A model generated the notes under the pieces. It searched no databases and was not told the origin of the DNA. It saw nothing but the letters and a program-made list of their open reading frames with translations. Positions 30,005-38,988 of a DNA stretch of 64,000 nt are shown here, piece after piece. The translations under genes and the position numbers were made by a program. The DNA comes from Candidatus Micrarchaeota archaeon. GTDB taxonomy: Archaea > Micrarchaeota > Micrarchaeia > Micrarchaeales > CABMGC01. The stretch's first letter is position 1. The number at the start of each line of letters is the position of its first letter. The stretch covers positions 289,252 through 353,251 of the forward strand of contig JAKASP010000001.1 in the NCBI GenBank assembly GCA_021818995.1. The letters are read 5' to 3'.

Positions 30005-30643
30005 TCACAGAATGCCAGAAAGGTATGACTGCGTGGCAAAGGCCACCACAGAGGCAAGGATGAAGTACGGCGCTATCCCGCGCAAGACATTGGTTGCGTC
30101 CATCTCAGGATGCGAGAACGCGGAGGAGAGGGAGAGGGTGATGAGCGCGTAAAGAAGCGCCACGAAGATGAACGACTGCCCCGTTGCCTTTGCGGCCGCA
30201 TCGGCCAGGCCCACGGAACTCGTGAGTATGATGGCGCTTATGCCTGAGAACAGTGGAAAGAAGAAGGCCATTCCCATGTACGTTAGCGTGAGTGCGCTGC
30301 CGGCCTTGGCTCGGAACCTGTTCCTTGTCCGAATCTCGCTATCCAGTTTCTTTTTGAACAGGGTCATAGACTTGAGCATGTCCGCCTTTCTCTCAGCTCC
30401 AGACTCTACAAGCCTCATGAATTCCACTAGCCTATCGCTTCCTAGCTCTTCTTTGGAAGGCAGCCGCGCAGACCCGTGTAACCTGATCTCAGCTGCAAAC
30501 CTTTCAAGCTCAGGCATGCCCCTAGCAACATGCTCGAATGCCTTTGTTGCAGATCCAATGCGCATGTACTCCGAAAGAACGGCTGACACTAACCCAACCA
30601 CCTTCTCGTCACTGTAGAAACCTTTTTTCCCCAGTTTAAGCAA
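30005..30643 (-). CDS. type II secretion system F-like membrane protein (TadC/FlaJ C-terminal-half-like)
   Basis: 212 aa with a cytoplasmic helical domain followed by TMs. It overlaps the upstream T2SSF-like gene by 8 nt. Confidence 0.6.
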   Translation of the reverse strand: MLKLGKKGFYSDEKVVGLVSAVLSEYMRIGSATKAFEHVARGMPELERFAAEIRLHGSARLPSKEELGSDRLVEFMRLVESGAERKADMLKSMTLFKKKLDSEIRTRNRFRAKAGSALTLTYMGMAFFFPLFSGISAIILTSSVGLADAAAKATGQSFIFVALLYALITLSLSSAFSHPEMDATNVLRGIAPYFILASVVAFATQSYLSGIL

Positions 30644-31304
30644 AAAATCTCCTCCACATCAACAGGTTGCCTATAGAGTAGAATATAGGCACTACGAGCA
30701 CGAGCAGCGATGAGAACACGAGAAGGCTGAAGGAGGCCCTGGAGAGTATGCTGCTGCCTATGAAAGCGAAGACCATGAACGAGGGCAGAATCGTCGATAT
30801 GAACATGTTGAAGGTCGCGTATCTCTGAGCGGACTCCTCCATGTCAGTATGCTGTTCCTCCGCAGCCCGGGCGTTTCGTGCCGTCTCCTCGACCGCCCAT
30901 CGCGCATCCTTGATTCTCATTCCTTCGCCCGAGCCAAAACCGAAGTCTGAGGCAGAGATGAGGTATCTTCTGAGCGAAAGCCTGACCTTGCGTTTGAGTT
31001 TTGCGTCGTTTATCTCCTCAACTGACTGGTCAAGCGCTTTCATGTACGGAACTCCTGAGGCTGTGCGGTAAAGCGCCCTGCTGAGGAAACTGTCGAACCC
31101 TTCACGCTCCCTCATCCTCCCATAGATGCGCCTGTTGGCTGCGAGCAGAGCGCGAGCACCAAACACTGTGACGTTCGAGACGAAGATCAGTGCCAAAAGC
31201 AGAGTGATTCCGTAGTCGCTGTTAACGAGATAGATGAAGAACGCCAGCGCCACTGCCAGCAACTCGCAGATCGCGACGCCAATATATTCTCCTTTCAGCA
31301 GCAT
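30636..31304 (-). CDS. type II secretion system F-like membrane protein (TadB/FlaJ N-terminal-half-like)
   Basis: 222 aa arranged as TMs, a helical cytoplasmic domain, then TMs. It overlaps the ATPase gene by 10 nt. Confidence 0.6.
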   Translation of the reverse strand: MLLKGEYIGVAICELLAVALAFFIYLVNSDYGITLLLALIFVSNVTVFGARALLAANRRIYGRMREREGFDSFLSRALYRTASGVPYMKALDQSVEEINDAKLKRKVRLSLRRYLISASDFGFGSGEGMRIKDARWAVEETARNARAAEEQHTDMEESAQRYATFNMFISTILPSFMVFAFIGSSILSRASFSLLVFSSLLVLVVPIFYSIGNLLMWRRFFA

Positions 31305-32851
31305 GCATATCCCTGCAGCTTTTCCAGCATCTCCTTCGGGCCGCTGCAGCCTTCGAACACCACCTTCATGAACTCAGAACGCTTTTCCAGTTCCTTAAGC
31401 ACGAGCCTTTTCGAAAGGCCGCTCTTCTCTGAGAACGCCTCGACGACCTTCGAGCCCTGAAGGCTGCCGGCTTCGAGCCTTCCGTTGCTGACGATGGTAG
31501 ACATGTCAACAGAGTCACTCTCTTCTATGACCGTCCCCAGTTTGTCGGTCTCGGCCCTGCTGAGCCACCTGTACTCGTAGATGTCGCTCAGGACCCGCTT
31601 CGAGAGGCCAAGGTGCTTCATGTATATGGCGATGTCAAGGCAGTTCAGCGAACGCGTTTCGACGCGCATAGGATCGACCATCAGCTTCTTCACTATCTCC
31701 ATGCCGCCTTCGTTGCTGTGCATCGTTGTCATGAAAGGCACTCCGAGGTTGGCCCCGGAGAAGAGCTCGCGTGTCTCCTCGCCGCGCACCTCACCCACTA
31801 CTATCCTGTCGGGCCTGAGCCTGAGCGCGTTGATCACCTGGTCCTTGGTGCCCACCTTCCGCCCGCTGCCAGAGCCATAAAGCGCGACGCTGTTGTTTAT
31901 GTCAAGCTTGATCTTCAGCTCGTTTATCTCCTCTTCTATTGTTAGCACCTTCTCAACTTTCGGTATGAATCCGAAGAGCGCGCTCATCAGCGTGGTCTTC
32001 CCGCTGGCAGGCGGTCCGGCTATCATTATGTTGAGCCCAGAGTCCATGGCGAGCCAGAGGTATGCCAGGACGTCGAAGTCGGTCGTGTTTTTCCTGATCA
32101 GATAGTCGAAACCCACAAGCCTGTTATCCGCAAGCCTAACCGATGCCACGGCACCGCTCTGCGCATAGGGCCTTATCTGCGCGTGTATTCGGGCGTCGCC
32201 CACCTGCGCATCCACTATAGGTGAGTTCTCGCCAAGCTCCTTATCTGTATTGTAGATCAGCTTGTTTATGTTGTGCCTGAAAGCCGCCTCGCCAATGAAC
32301 CTGAGGTTCGTTGCGCATCTGCCATAATCCGCATGGAAGATGCTTATTGGAGCAGAAGGCGCGTTGACCTCTATCTCTTCTATCCTCTTCCTGTCCTCCA
32401 TGAGTATGCTCAGCGGTCCATAGCCCACTGTGTCGTGCGCGATAAGGTAGGAAACGAGATTTGTCCTTCCTCTGTCCATCTGCGCAGACAGGCTCCTCGA
32501 CGCGATCTCCCTCGCGGTGTCGAACGAGCCGATATCCAACGCAGTATTTGCCGCAGCCAGCTCCTCCACAACCACGCATTTGGCCCTTTCTGCGCAGCCC
32601 TTTTCGAAACCGCTGAGTTTGGAAAGTCCGTTTCCAACCAGGTAGCGGTAGCCGACGCCATCTTTGGCTATCGCCTTGGGCACCAGCCCGTCAACGCTTT
32701 CGGTTACGCTCCATCCGTCTCCAATGTCGACCTCGAAGCTTAGTTTCAAGCCTCCAGATTCGTTCCCCTTCGGGTACCTCTGGAGATATTTATTTACTAA
32801 AATATCTAATCTTTTACTTAAGTAAAACATATTGTAGTATCTGATGCTCAA
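31295..32851 (-). CDS. type II/IV secretion system ATPase (FlaI/PilB/VirB11 family)
   Basis: 518 aa with Walker A GPPASGKTT, Walker B and Asp-box region (RIVVGEVRGEE), and a His box (TTMHS). Confidence 0.85.
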   Translation of the reverse strand: MSIRYYNMFYLSKRLDILVNKYLQRYPKGNESGGLKLSFEVDIGDGWSVTESVDGLVPKAIAKDGVGYRYLVGNGLSKLSGFEKGCAERAKCVVVEELAAANTALDIGSFDTAREIASRSLSAQMDRGRTNLVSYLIAHDTVGYGPLSILMEDRKRIEEIEVNAPSAPISIFHADYGRCATNLRFIGEAAFRHNINKLIYNTDKELGENSPIVDAQVGDARIHAQIRPYAQSGAVASVRLADNRLVGFDYLIRKNTTDFDVLAYLWLAMDSGLNIMIAGPPASGKTTLMSALFGFIPKVEKVLTIEEEINELKIKLDINNSVALYGSGSGRKVGTKDQVINALRLRPDRIVVGEVRGEETRELFSGANLGVPFMTTMHSNEGGMEIVKKLMVDPMRVETRSLNCLDIAIYMKHLGLSKRVLSDIYEYRWLSRAETDKLGTVIEESDSVDMSTIVSNGRLEAGSLQGSKVVEAFSEKSGLSKRLVLKELEKRSEFMKVVFEGCSGPKEMLEKLQGYACC

Positions 32852-32925
32852 GATTCTTATACTTTTCCGTGCGCTCGCGTTTTACTATGCTTCACGTGCG
32901 TGGCTCGAGGGTAAGACTAATTACA

Positions 32926-32934
32926 TTTATATAA
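32926..32934 (+). promoter_or_regulatory. TATA-box-like element (TTTATATAA)
   Basis: Centred about 27 nt upstream of the ATG at 32957, which suggests a leaderless transcript. It lies in the divergent intergenic region shared with the pilus ATPase gene. Confidence 0.35.
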
Positions 32935-32956
32935 TTTGGTATCGAATTCATCACAT

Positions 32957-33295
32957 ATGGTCAGGAGAGAAAGGGGCGAGGACAAGATTTGGATGCTGAG
33001 AAAGGTCCTCAGCAAGCCGAACTTTGCCGTGCTCAAACTGCTGATGGAGAAGTCACCTAGGACAACGAGGGAGCTCTACCAGATTCTTGGCAGCAAATTC
33101 ACTAGAAAGACGCTTATCATAACGCTGAGGAACCTTTCCATGAACCTCAACGTCTTGCAGCCGACGCACATACGCACAGAGCGCGGCTACGATCTGGGCT
33201 ATGGCATAAACCCAAGACTTAAGGACGTGGTCAAGCTCGTTGAGAAGTGCGAGAACATCGTCGAAAACGTTTCGGCGAACCCGAAGAACAGCTAG
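32957..33295 (+). CDS. winged-helix DNA-binding protein (putative transcription regulator)
   Basis: The segment NFAVLKLLMEKSPRTTRELYQILG...TLIITLRNL looks like an ArsR/MarR-type wHTH. ATG at 32957 is preferred over TTG at 32936. Confidence 0.5.
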   Translation: MVRRERGEDKIWMLRKVLSKPNFAVLKLLMEKSPRTTRELYQILGSKFTRKTLIITLRNLSMNLNVLQPTHIRTERGYDLGYGINPRLKDVVKLVEKCENIVENVSANPKNS

Positions 33296-33309
33296 CAAGT
33301 GCAGATTTG

Positions 33310-33501
33310 ATGGGCGGCAAGAAGAGATACAAGGTAACGATAAAGAACGAGAGCTTCAGCTACACCGTGGTCGTTGAGGCGAACGAGAAGGCGACGATGG
33401 CCCAGTTCAGGGACCTGGCGATAAAGAAGGTAAAGGAGCAGTACGGCGCAGACATACCCAACGACGTGGTTGTCGATCTCGAGTTCGAGATCGTCAAGTG
33501 A
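33310..33501 (+). CDS. small hypothetical protein (63 aa)
   Basis: In-frame ATG 14 nt after the wHTH stop. The part of the track ORF upstream of this ATG overlaps the wHTH gene. Confidence 0.4.
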   Translation: MGGKKRYKVTIKNESFSYTVVVEANEKATMAQFRDLAIKKVKEQYGADIPNDVVVDLEFEIVK

Positions 33502-34242
33502 TCAGCCCCACACGTCTGCGCTGACCCGGTTCTGCGGCATTTTCAGAGCGGCCAGAGCATCCTTCACAGCCTTCACGAAGGGCAGGGGGCCGCACACGTA
33601 GGTCATCCTTTCAAGAAAGTCCGGTGCGTACTTCTGTATCATCGCAGAATCTACGTGGCCAGTCTGCCCTGTCCATCCATCTCCCGGAGCCGGCCTTGTC
33701 ACGGTAACTGTCAGTTTCAGCTTCAGCGAGTTCTGCATGTTAGCCAGCTCCTGCTTCCTGATCACCTCGCCGGGGTACTTGACGCTGTAGAGCATTATGA
33801 CATCGTTGCTGTCGTTCCGGAGCCGCATGTGCCTCAACATAGACATGAATGGGGCAAGGCCAGTGCCTCCGGCTATGAAGAGCACCTTGCTGTCCTTTGC
33901 GGGATCGAACCTGAACTGCCCGCTAGGTCCCCTGAGTATGAACTGGTCGTTCATCTCCACGTCGTTGAAGTGGCTTCTGCCTATGTGCTCTCCGTGCGTC
34001 GGGTTCTTTATGATGAAGAACTCCATGTTGATCGAGGATGGATCAGAGGCTATGGACAGCGCCCTCCCCACGTGTCTTTCGCCAGTCTGTTTGTCTATTC
34101 CGTAAAGCATCATGAACATTCCGGGATCGAAGATGTTGGGCTTGCCATCTTCAGGCTTCATGCCGATGACGAGCACCTCCTGAGTCTCGTCTATCTTCTC
34201 GCTTATCGCGTACTTCCTCTCAACAACAGGATAATCGGTCAT
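33502..34242 (-). CDS. ferredoxin-NADP reductase-like FAD/NAD(P)-binding oxidoreductase
   Basis: 246 aa with an RALSIAS (RxYS-type) FAD motif and an LFIAGGTGLAPF NAD(P) motif. There is no C-terminal Fe-S cysteine cluster, so it is not a typical PyrK. Confidence 0.7.
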   Translation of the reverse strand: MTDYPVVERKYAISEKIDETQEVLVIGMKPEDGKPNIFDPGMFMMLYGIDKQTGERHVGRALSIASDPSSINMEFFIIKNPTHGEHIGRSHFNDVEMNDQFILRGPSGQFRFDPAKDSKVLFIAGGTGLAPFMSMLRHMRLRNDSNDVIMLYSVKYPGEVIRKQELANMQNSLKLKLTVTVTRPAPGDGWTGQTGHVDSAMIQKYAPDFLERMTYVCGPLPFVKAVKDALAALKMPQNRVSADVWG

Positions 34243-34253
34243 CTCAGATCCTT

Positions 34254-35156
34254 TTACATGCTCTTCTGCGACAGGTACATCAGGATGGCCTGCTCTATGA
34301 GCAGCTTGTTCTTCGACTGCTCCCAGACTATGCTCTTCGAGCCCTCGAGCACATCTGCGGTTATCTCCTGGCCCCTGAATGCAGGCAGCGGATGCATCAC
34401 AAGCGCGTCCTTGTCTGCGTACTTAAGCACGTTGCCGTTGACCTGATATTTGGCAAACATCTTCTTCCTCTGCTCCGCATCGCCCTCGTTGCCCATGCTC
34501 ACGAACGTGTCCGTGTATATTATGTCAGCCTTGGCGAGCCCCTCCTCCATTGTGTCGAATATGTCCACGACCCCATACTCCCTCGCTCGCGTGAGATACT
34601 GCGGGTTCGGTGGGAAGTTCTTCGGTGCTACGAGCGCCATCTCAGCTCCGAGCTTAACAGCGGCTATCATCAGCGAGTTGCACGTGTTCTGCGCCACGTC
34701 CCCCACAAACGCAATCCTCACGCCCCTTATCCTCCTCTTTGCGTTTGCTATTGTATACAGGTCAGCTAGCGACTGCGTTGGATGCTCTAAATCCGTGAGT
34801 GCGTTTATTACCGGAACAGTCGAGTTGTTCGCGAACTCCAAAAGGTCCTCGTGGTGGTACATTCGCGCCGCTACGAAGTCAACGTAAAGGCTCATGACGC
34901 GGGCCGTATCTGCTATCGGCTCTCCCCTCGACATCTGCGACGTCTTGGAGTCTATGTATATTGATTGGCCTCCGAGTCTGGCCATTGCGACCTCGAACGA
35001 GACCCTGGTCCTTGTCGAAGGCTTCTCGAAGAGCAGAGCAAGGGTCGAGTTGTCCTTGAGCGAGGAAGTCGTCTTGCCCATGCTTATCTCATCAGCTATG
35101 TCGAATATCTCGTTCATCTGGTCGCGCGATAAATCGTTTACGCTTAGGAAGTGCAT
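34254..35156 (-). CDS. argF: ornithine carbamoyltransferase-like transcarbamylase
   Basis: STRTRVSFE, HPTQSLADL, DTFVSMGNE (DxxxSMG) and HPLPAFRGQEIT. ATG at 35156 is preferred over the upstream TTG at 35183. Confidence 0.8.
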   Translation of the reverse strand: MHFLSVNDLSRDQMNEIFDIADEISMGKTTSSLKDNSTLALLFEKPSTRTRVSFEVAMARLGGQSIYIDSKTSQMSRGEPIADTARVMSLYVDFVAARMYHHEDLLEFANNSTVPVINALTDLEHPTQSLADLYTIANAKRRIRGVRIAFVGDVAQNTCNSLMIAAVKLGAEMALVAPKNFPPNPQYLTRAREYGVVDIFDTMEEGLAKADIIYTDTFVSMGNEGDAEQRKKMFAKYQVNGNVLKYADKDALVMHPLPAFRGQEITADVLEGSKSIVWEQSKNKLLIEQAILMYLSQKSM

Positions 35157-35163
35157 GCTACCA

Positions 35164-35637
35164 CTATCCAAATATGAAGCCAAGGCCCTGGTCCGACTTC
35201 TGCTTCTCCTCCTCTATCCTGTCTATTATCTGCTTCTCTATCTCGGCAGAGGCGCGTTGCAGCGAGCCTATGCTCTTCTTCAGTTTCGCCTCGCCCGCTT
35301 CAAGGAATGAATCGTCGGCGCTCAGGTATAAGTAGCTCTTCTCGCGGTCCATGCCCATCGATATCCCGTCCTTCACCTGGTAGTCCTGCCTTGCGAATAT
35401 TATGTTGAGGTCCTTGTCGTTCCTCAGCTTGCCCATCGCGTCATCTGCTTCCTTTTTCTTCTTCTCCGCCTCCTGCGCAAGCTCTGGGTGCTTCATCATG
35501 TACTCCTTGTCGTCCCACTCCTTTGGCATCTTTGGTATGAGGTTGGGGTCAAGGTAGGGGTCGTATTCGAGTATCTTTTTCAGTGCGGGCACGTCGGATG
35601 AGTTCAGCACGTAAACTCTCGCAGGTATCTCATTCAC
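35164..35637 (-). CDS. hypothetical protein with a ribosomal-stalk-like acidic/hydrophobic C-terminal tail
   Basis: 157 aa. The GTG start overlaps the S8e stop (GTGA). The C-terminus reads EEEKQKSDQGLGFIFG. Confidence 0.5.
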   Translation of the reverse strand: MNEIPARVYVLNSSDVPALKKILEYDPYLDPNLIPKMPKEWDDKEYMMKHPELAQEAEKKKKEADDAMGKLRNDKDLNIIFARQDYQVKDGISMGMDREKSYLYLSADDSFLEAGEAKLKKSIGSLQRASAEIEKQIIDRIEEEKQKSDQGLGFIFG

Positions 35638-36032
35638 CCTTCGACAAGCATCGCGTTTATCCCGCCCTCCTGACCTGGCCTGTTTGTGACCCTGGCCTTC
35701 CCGAGTTCGGTGTTTATTATCGCGCCCTTTGTTATTATACCGAGCCTTGCGAAGTTCCTGTTGTCCTTGGACTCCATCACCCCGGTTATCTTCGCCTTCT
35801 TGTATCCCTGCTTTGTGAGCACGTTCGCGAACGCAACGCTCTTGAGCACGTCCTTGAAGTTGCCTCCCCTGCCGCGCACTTTCTTCACCGCAGATTCGGC
35901 GGCGGCCCTTGCTGCAGCGAAGTATCTACCAGACTCGCTCCTGCGCCTGTCCCTGAGCTTGCTCTTCAGCTTGCCGCTGCCAGATGACGCCCGGTCAGAC
36001 TTGCCGTGTATTTGTGCACCGAATTGACTCAT
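35634..36032 (-). CDS. rps8e: 30S ribosomal protein S8e
   Basis: 132 aa with a basic N-terminus and the ...GKARVTNRPGQEGGINAMLVEG C-terminal signature. Confidence 0.9.
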   Translation of the reverse strand: MSQFGAQIHGKSDRASSGSGKLKSKLRDRRRSESGRYFAAARAAAESAVKKVRGRGGNFKDVLKSVAFANVLTKQGYKKAKITGVMESKDNRNFARLGIITKGAIINTELGKARVTNRPGQEGGINAMLVEG

Positions 36033-36087
36033 GATACCACAATCAGCAGAATATGCGTTTATATTGATTTAGACGGAAAGGGTTTTA

Positions 36088-36552
36088 TTGATTGTGATGC
36101 CGGCATCAAAAAGCCCAATCGTCGAGTTCAAAGGCAAACCCGCACTCTACATTTGCAGCAGCGAAACTGGGCTGAGCGCGCTTATAGAAAACTCAAAAAA
36201 GATCTCAAAAGGTGCAGATCTCTTGCTTCTCTTCGATTACAGCGAGCGCGCCATGGCAAGGGCGCTGCCGGCGTACGTCAACGCGACCATAAGGTTCAGC
36301 GATGGGAGCGCAAGGTCGAAGAGCATGCAGGTTGAGATGCTCATGCTCGTATGCGGCACAATGAATATAGGCAAGGCGCTGAGGGACTGCGGCGCCAAGG
36401 ACAATGATAAGTTCCTCGTTTTCGCTTCAAGCGAGGGCTTGTTCTCCAAGTTCGCCAAGGCGAACGGAATAAAGAGAATAAGAGGTGTGACCCTCAGGCT
36501 CGACCCCGAAATAACCGGAAACGTCGCGATAACAGAGCTGCTGAACGATTAG
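36088..36552 (+). CDS. cgi121: KEOPS complex subunit Cgi121
   Basis: 154 aa. The block KSMQVEMLMLVCGTMNIGKALRDCGAKDNDKFLVF parallels the archaeal Cgi121 core (..EILVRASGQRQI.EAIK.IGAKDG..). Confidence 0.65.
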   Translation: MIVMPASKSPIVEFKGKPALYICSSETGLSALIENSKKISKGADLLLLFDYSERAMARALPAYVNATIRFSDGSARSKSMQVEMLMLVCGTMNIGKALRDCGAKDNDKFLVFASSEGLFSKFAKANGIKRIRGVTLRLDPEITGNVAITELLND

Positions 36553-36588
36553 CGCATAATTTAAATTACTAAGCTACCAATCAAAAAC

Positions 36589-36927
36589 ATGGCTTCGAAG
36601 GACAGCATGAGGACCGCGACAACGCTTACGCATGTGGCGGCACTTCTGCAGATAATCTTTACGATAATTGGCTTCATCGGAGTCCTAGGCCTCTCCATCG
36701 CCGCCGCAGGTCCCGGCATATTCCTAGGCACCGTGGGGTTCTTCGGAGTGCTAATAGGCGCGTTCTGGTCGTGGGTCGACTACGAAGTCATCTACGAACG
36801 CATGAAGGAGGGCAAGTTCTCAAAGATATCGGACAAGATGCTGATTGTCGGTATAATCCAGCTCTTTATCGGCGGAACAATACCCGGAGTCATCATACTC
36901 GTGGCATGGTTCGTAGCCAGAAGCTAG
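36589..36927 (+). CDS. small membrane protein (112 aa)
   Basis: Three or four hydrophobic segments; no motif recognised. Confidence 0.45.
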   Translation: MASKDSMRTATTLTHVAALLQIIFTIIGFIGVLGLSIAAAGPGIFLGTVGFFGVLIGAFWSWVDYEVIYERMKEGKFSKISDKMLIVGIIQLFIGGTIPGVIILVAWFVARS

Positions 36928-37571
36928 TCCTGGTCCTCGCTGAACTCAGCGTTCAGTATCTCGTATATCTTCTCAGCCTTCTTCTCGCCTATCTTTTCGA
37001 CCTGCATCAGCGCGTCCGGCTCTGCCGATACGACATTCTTTATGGTCTTGAAGCGGCTGATTAGCGACTTGGCGAGCGTAGGGCCAATTCCAGGTATCGA
37101 GCTGAGTATGAGCAGTTGCCACTGCGAATTCGTGAACGCGCGTTTTGACCCGAGCATGCGCGGCGCGCGCCTCTCTCCCTGCTCTCGCTCCGCAAGCCTT
37201 GCCAGGGTGCTGACGGTCTCTGACGCGCCCCTGGACCTTATCACCTGCACGTTGTAGTCGCTGTAAAGGCTGATGATTGCGCCAAGCACCACGTTTGGGT
37301 TCATGGTAAATTCCGAGTCCTCGCCTTCTAGCAGGAGCAGCGGCTTCTTGAACGTGTGGTCAAGCCGCTCTACCTGGTCGAAGAGCCTCGCGTTTATTAT
37401 CGAGTGCTCGAAATCGCTAACGGTCTTGCGTTCGACGCACATGCGGTCCGACAGTATGTAGTCACCAACAGGAAGCTGGGCGAACTTGAGCAGTATGCCG
37501 GATCCTGAAAGGCCCTCAAGTATGTCGAGGTTCCTCTCCCTCTTGTCAACGATTATCTTCACTTCCCCCAT
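36924..37571 (-). CDS. xpf: short-form XPF/ERCC4 structure-specific endonuclease
   Basis: 215 aa with the ERCC4 nuclease motif GDY...ERKTVSD and a C-terminal (HhH)2 domain (IPGIGPTLAKSL). No helicase domain. Confidence 0.85.
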   Translation of the reverse strand: MGEVKIIVDKRERNLDILEGLSGSGILLKFAQLPVGDYILSDRMCVERKTVSDFEHSIINARLFDQVERLDHTFKKPLLLLEGEDSEFTMNPNVVLGAIISLYSDYNVQVIRSRGASETVSTLARLAEREQGERRAPRMLGSKRAFTNSQWQLLILSSIPGIGPTLAKSLISRFKTIKNVVSAEPDALMQVEKIGEKKAEKIYEILNAEFSEDQD

Positions 37572-38180
37572 TCACAGCACTCTAGGAACTATCACATATC
37601 TAACTTCTTTTTTATAAAGCTCCCACTCCCTACCAAACTCGGCCTTCATGAGACGCTCTTCCGTACTCACCCTGTAAGCCACGAAGAGAGCGCCGAATGC
37701 CACTGCGAGCGCGGCGCTTGCGGTGCCGAGATAGATCGCGCATCCCGCCACAATCAGAAAGATACCAAAGTATATTGGATGTCTAACCAAGGCGTACGGG
37801 CCTGTCTTGGTCAGTGTGTGACCTTTCTTGATCGTTACGTCACCGCTCCAGTTGCCTCCGAGATGTCTCCGCGCCCATATCGCAAAACCTACCCCGATAA
37901 ATGCCACCGCCACTCCAAGTGCCTGCAGCGGAGAGTAGTTGGTAGCAACGCCGGTGCCCCAAACCCTGATTAAGGGATCAACTTCAAGCACTATTGCAGC
38001 TCCAAGCAATAACGTCTGGGCGACTGCGGCCTGCGGCGGCTGCCCAGATCTTTCCCTTTTCTTGAACCTTCCAGTCGCGACTTCGTAGATTATCGAGGCG
38101 CCCCAGTATCCGTAGAAGACTATCCAAGCAAGCCACACGGGCGCGAATAGCGGCAACGCTGCTAAAAACTGAGAAACCAC
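37572..38180 (-). CDS. isoprenylcysteine carboxyl / phospholipid methyltransferase family membrane protein
   Basis: GPYALVRHPIYFG signature. The track ORF runs to 38399 but overlaps the RIO kinase gene. An in-frame GTG at 38180 is my best-guess start, and it remains uncertain. Confidence 0.65.
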   Translation of the reverse strand: MVSQFLAALPLFAPVWLAWIVFYGYWGASIIYEVATGRFKKRERSGQPPQAAVAQTLLLGAAIVLEVDPLIRVWGTGVATNYSPLQALGVAVAFIGVGFAIWARRHLGGNWSGDVTIKKGHTLTKTGPYALVRHPIYFGIFLIVAGCAIYLGTASAALAVAFGALFVAYRVSTEERLMKAEFGREWELYKKEVRYVIVPRVL

Positions 38181-38229
38181 ACCAGCGCCTGCAATATCTT
38201 GATATAGCTTGATTAGGAATAAATAACGT

Positions 38230-38988
38230 ATGGCACGACGCAGGAGCAGGGAGAAGGAACCCAGCAGGGAGGACTTCATGCTGAAGGAGCAGCTGAAGAT
38301 AGAGGAGGGAGTATTCGACAGCAGGACGATGCTCAGGATAGGCAAACTCTTCAGCAAGGGCGTGCTCTCGAGCATGGAGTTCATAATCGCGAGGGGCAAG
38401 GAGGCTGACGTCTACCTTGCCGACGCCGGCGAGAAGGTAGGCAAGGACTTCATAGCATTGAAGATCTTCAGGCTGGAGAATGCCAGGTTCCAGAACAGGG
38501 TCAAGTACATAGAGGGAGACCCGCGGTTCGGAAGGGTCAAGGGAAGCATCTTCGCGATTGTCAGCACGTGGTGCAAGAAGGAGTACGGGAACCTGCTTGT
38601 GGCCGAGGCTGCGGGCGTGCACGCACCCAGGCCATACGCCTTCAGCGGGAACGTGCTCGCGCTGGAGTTCATTGGCAAAGACGGCAAGCCCTCGCAGACG
38701 CTGAGGGAGCAGACTGTCAAGAAACCTGAGAAGATACTCGACCAGATTCTCGAAGACACAAGGAAGCTTTACCAGAACGAGCTGGTGCACGCGGACCTGA
38801 GCGAGTACAACATACTGATGCTCGGCGATGTGCCCTACATGATAGACTTCGGGCAGGCGGTGCACATAAAGCATCCTGACGCAATGAGGTTTCTCGAAAG
38901 GGACATAGCGAACATACTGCACTACTTCGACAAGGCGTACGGAATAGAGAAAGATGCCGCCGAAGTGCTCGGCAAGATCGTCAGCTAA
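38230..38988 (+). CDS. rio1: RIO-type serine/threonine protein kinase
   Basis: 252 aa with GKEADVY, ALKIFR, LVHADLSEYNIL and IDFGQAV motifs. Confidence 0.85.
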   Translation: MARRRSREKEPSREDFMLKEQLKIEEGVFDSRTMLRIGKLFSKGVLSSMEFIIARGKEADVYLADAGEKVGKDFIALKIFRLENARFQNRVKYIEGDPRFGRVKGSIFAIVSTWCKKEYGNLLVAEAAGVHAPRPYAFSGNVLALEFIGKDGKPSQTLREQTVKKPEKILDQILEDTRKLYQNELVHADLSEYNILMLGDVPYMIDFGQAVHIKHPDAMRFLERDIANILHYFDKAYGIEKDAAEVLGKIVS

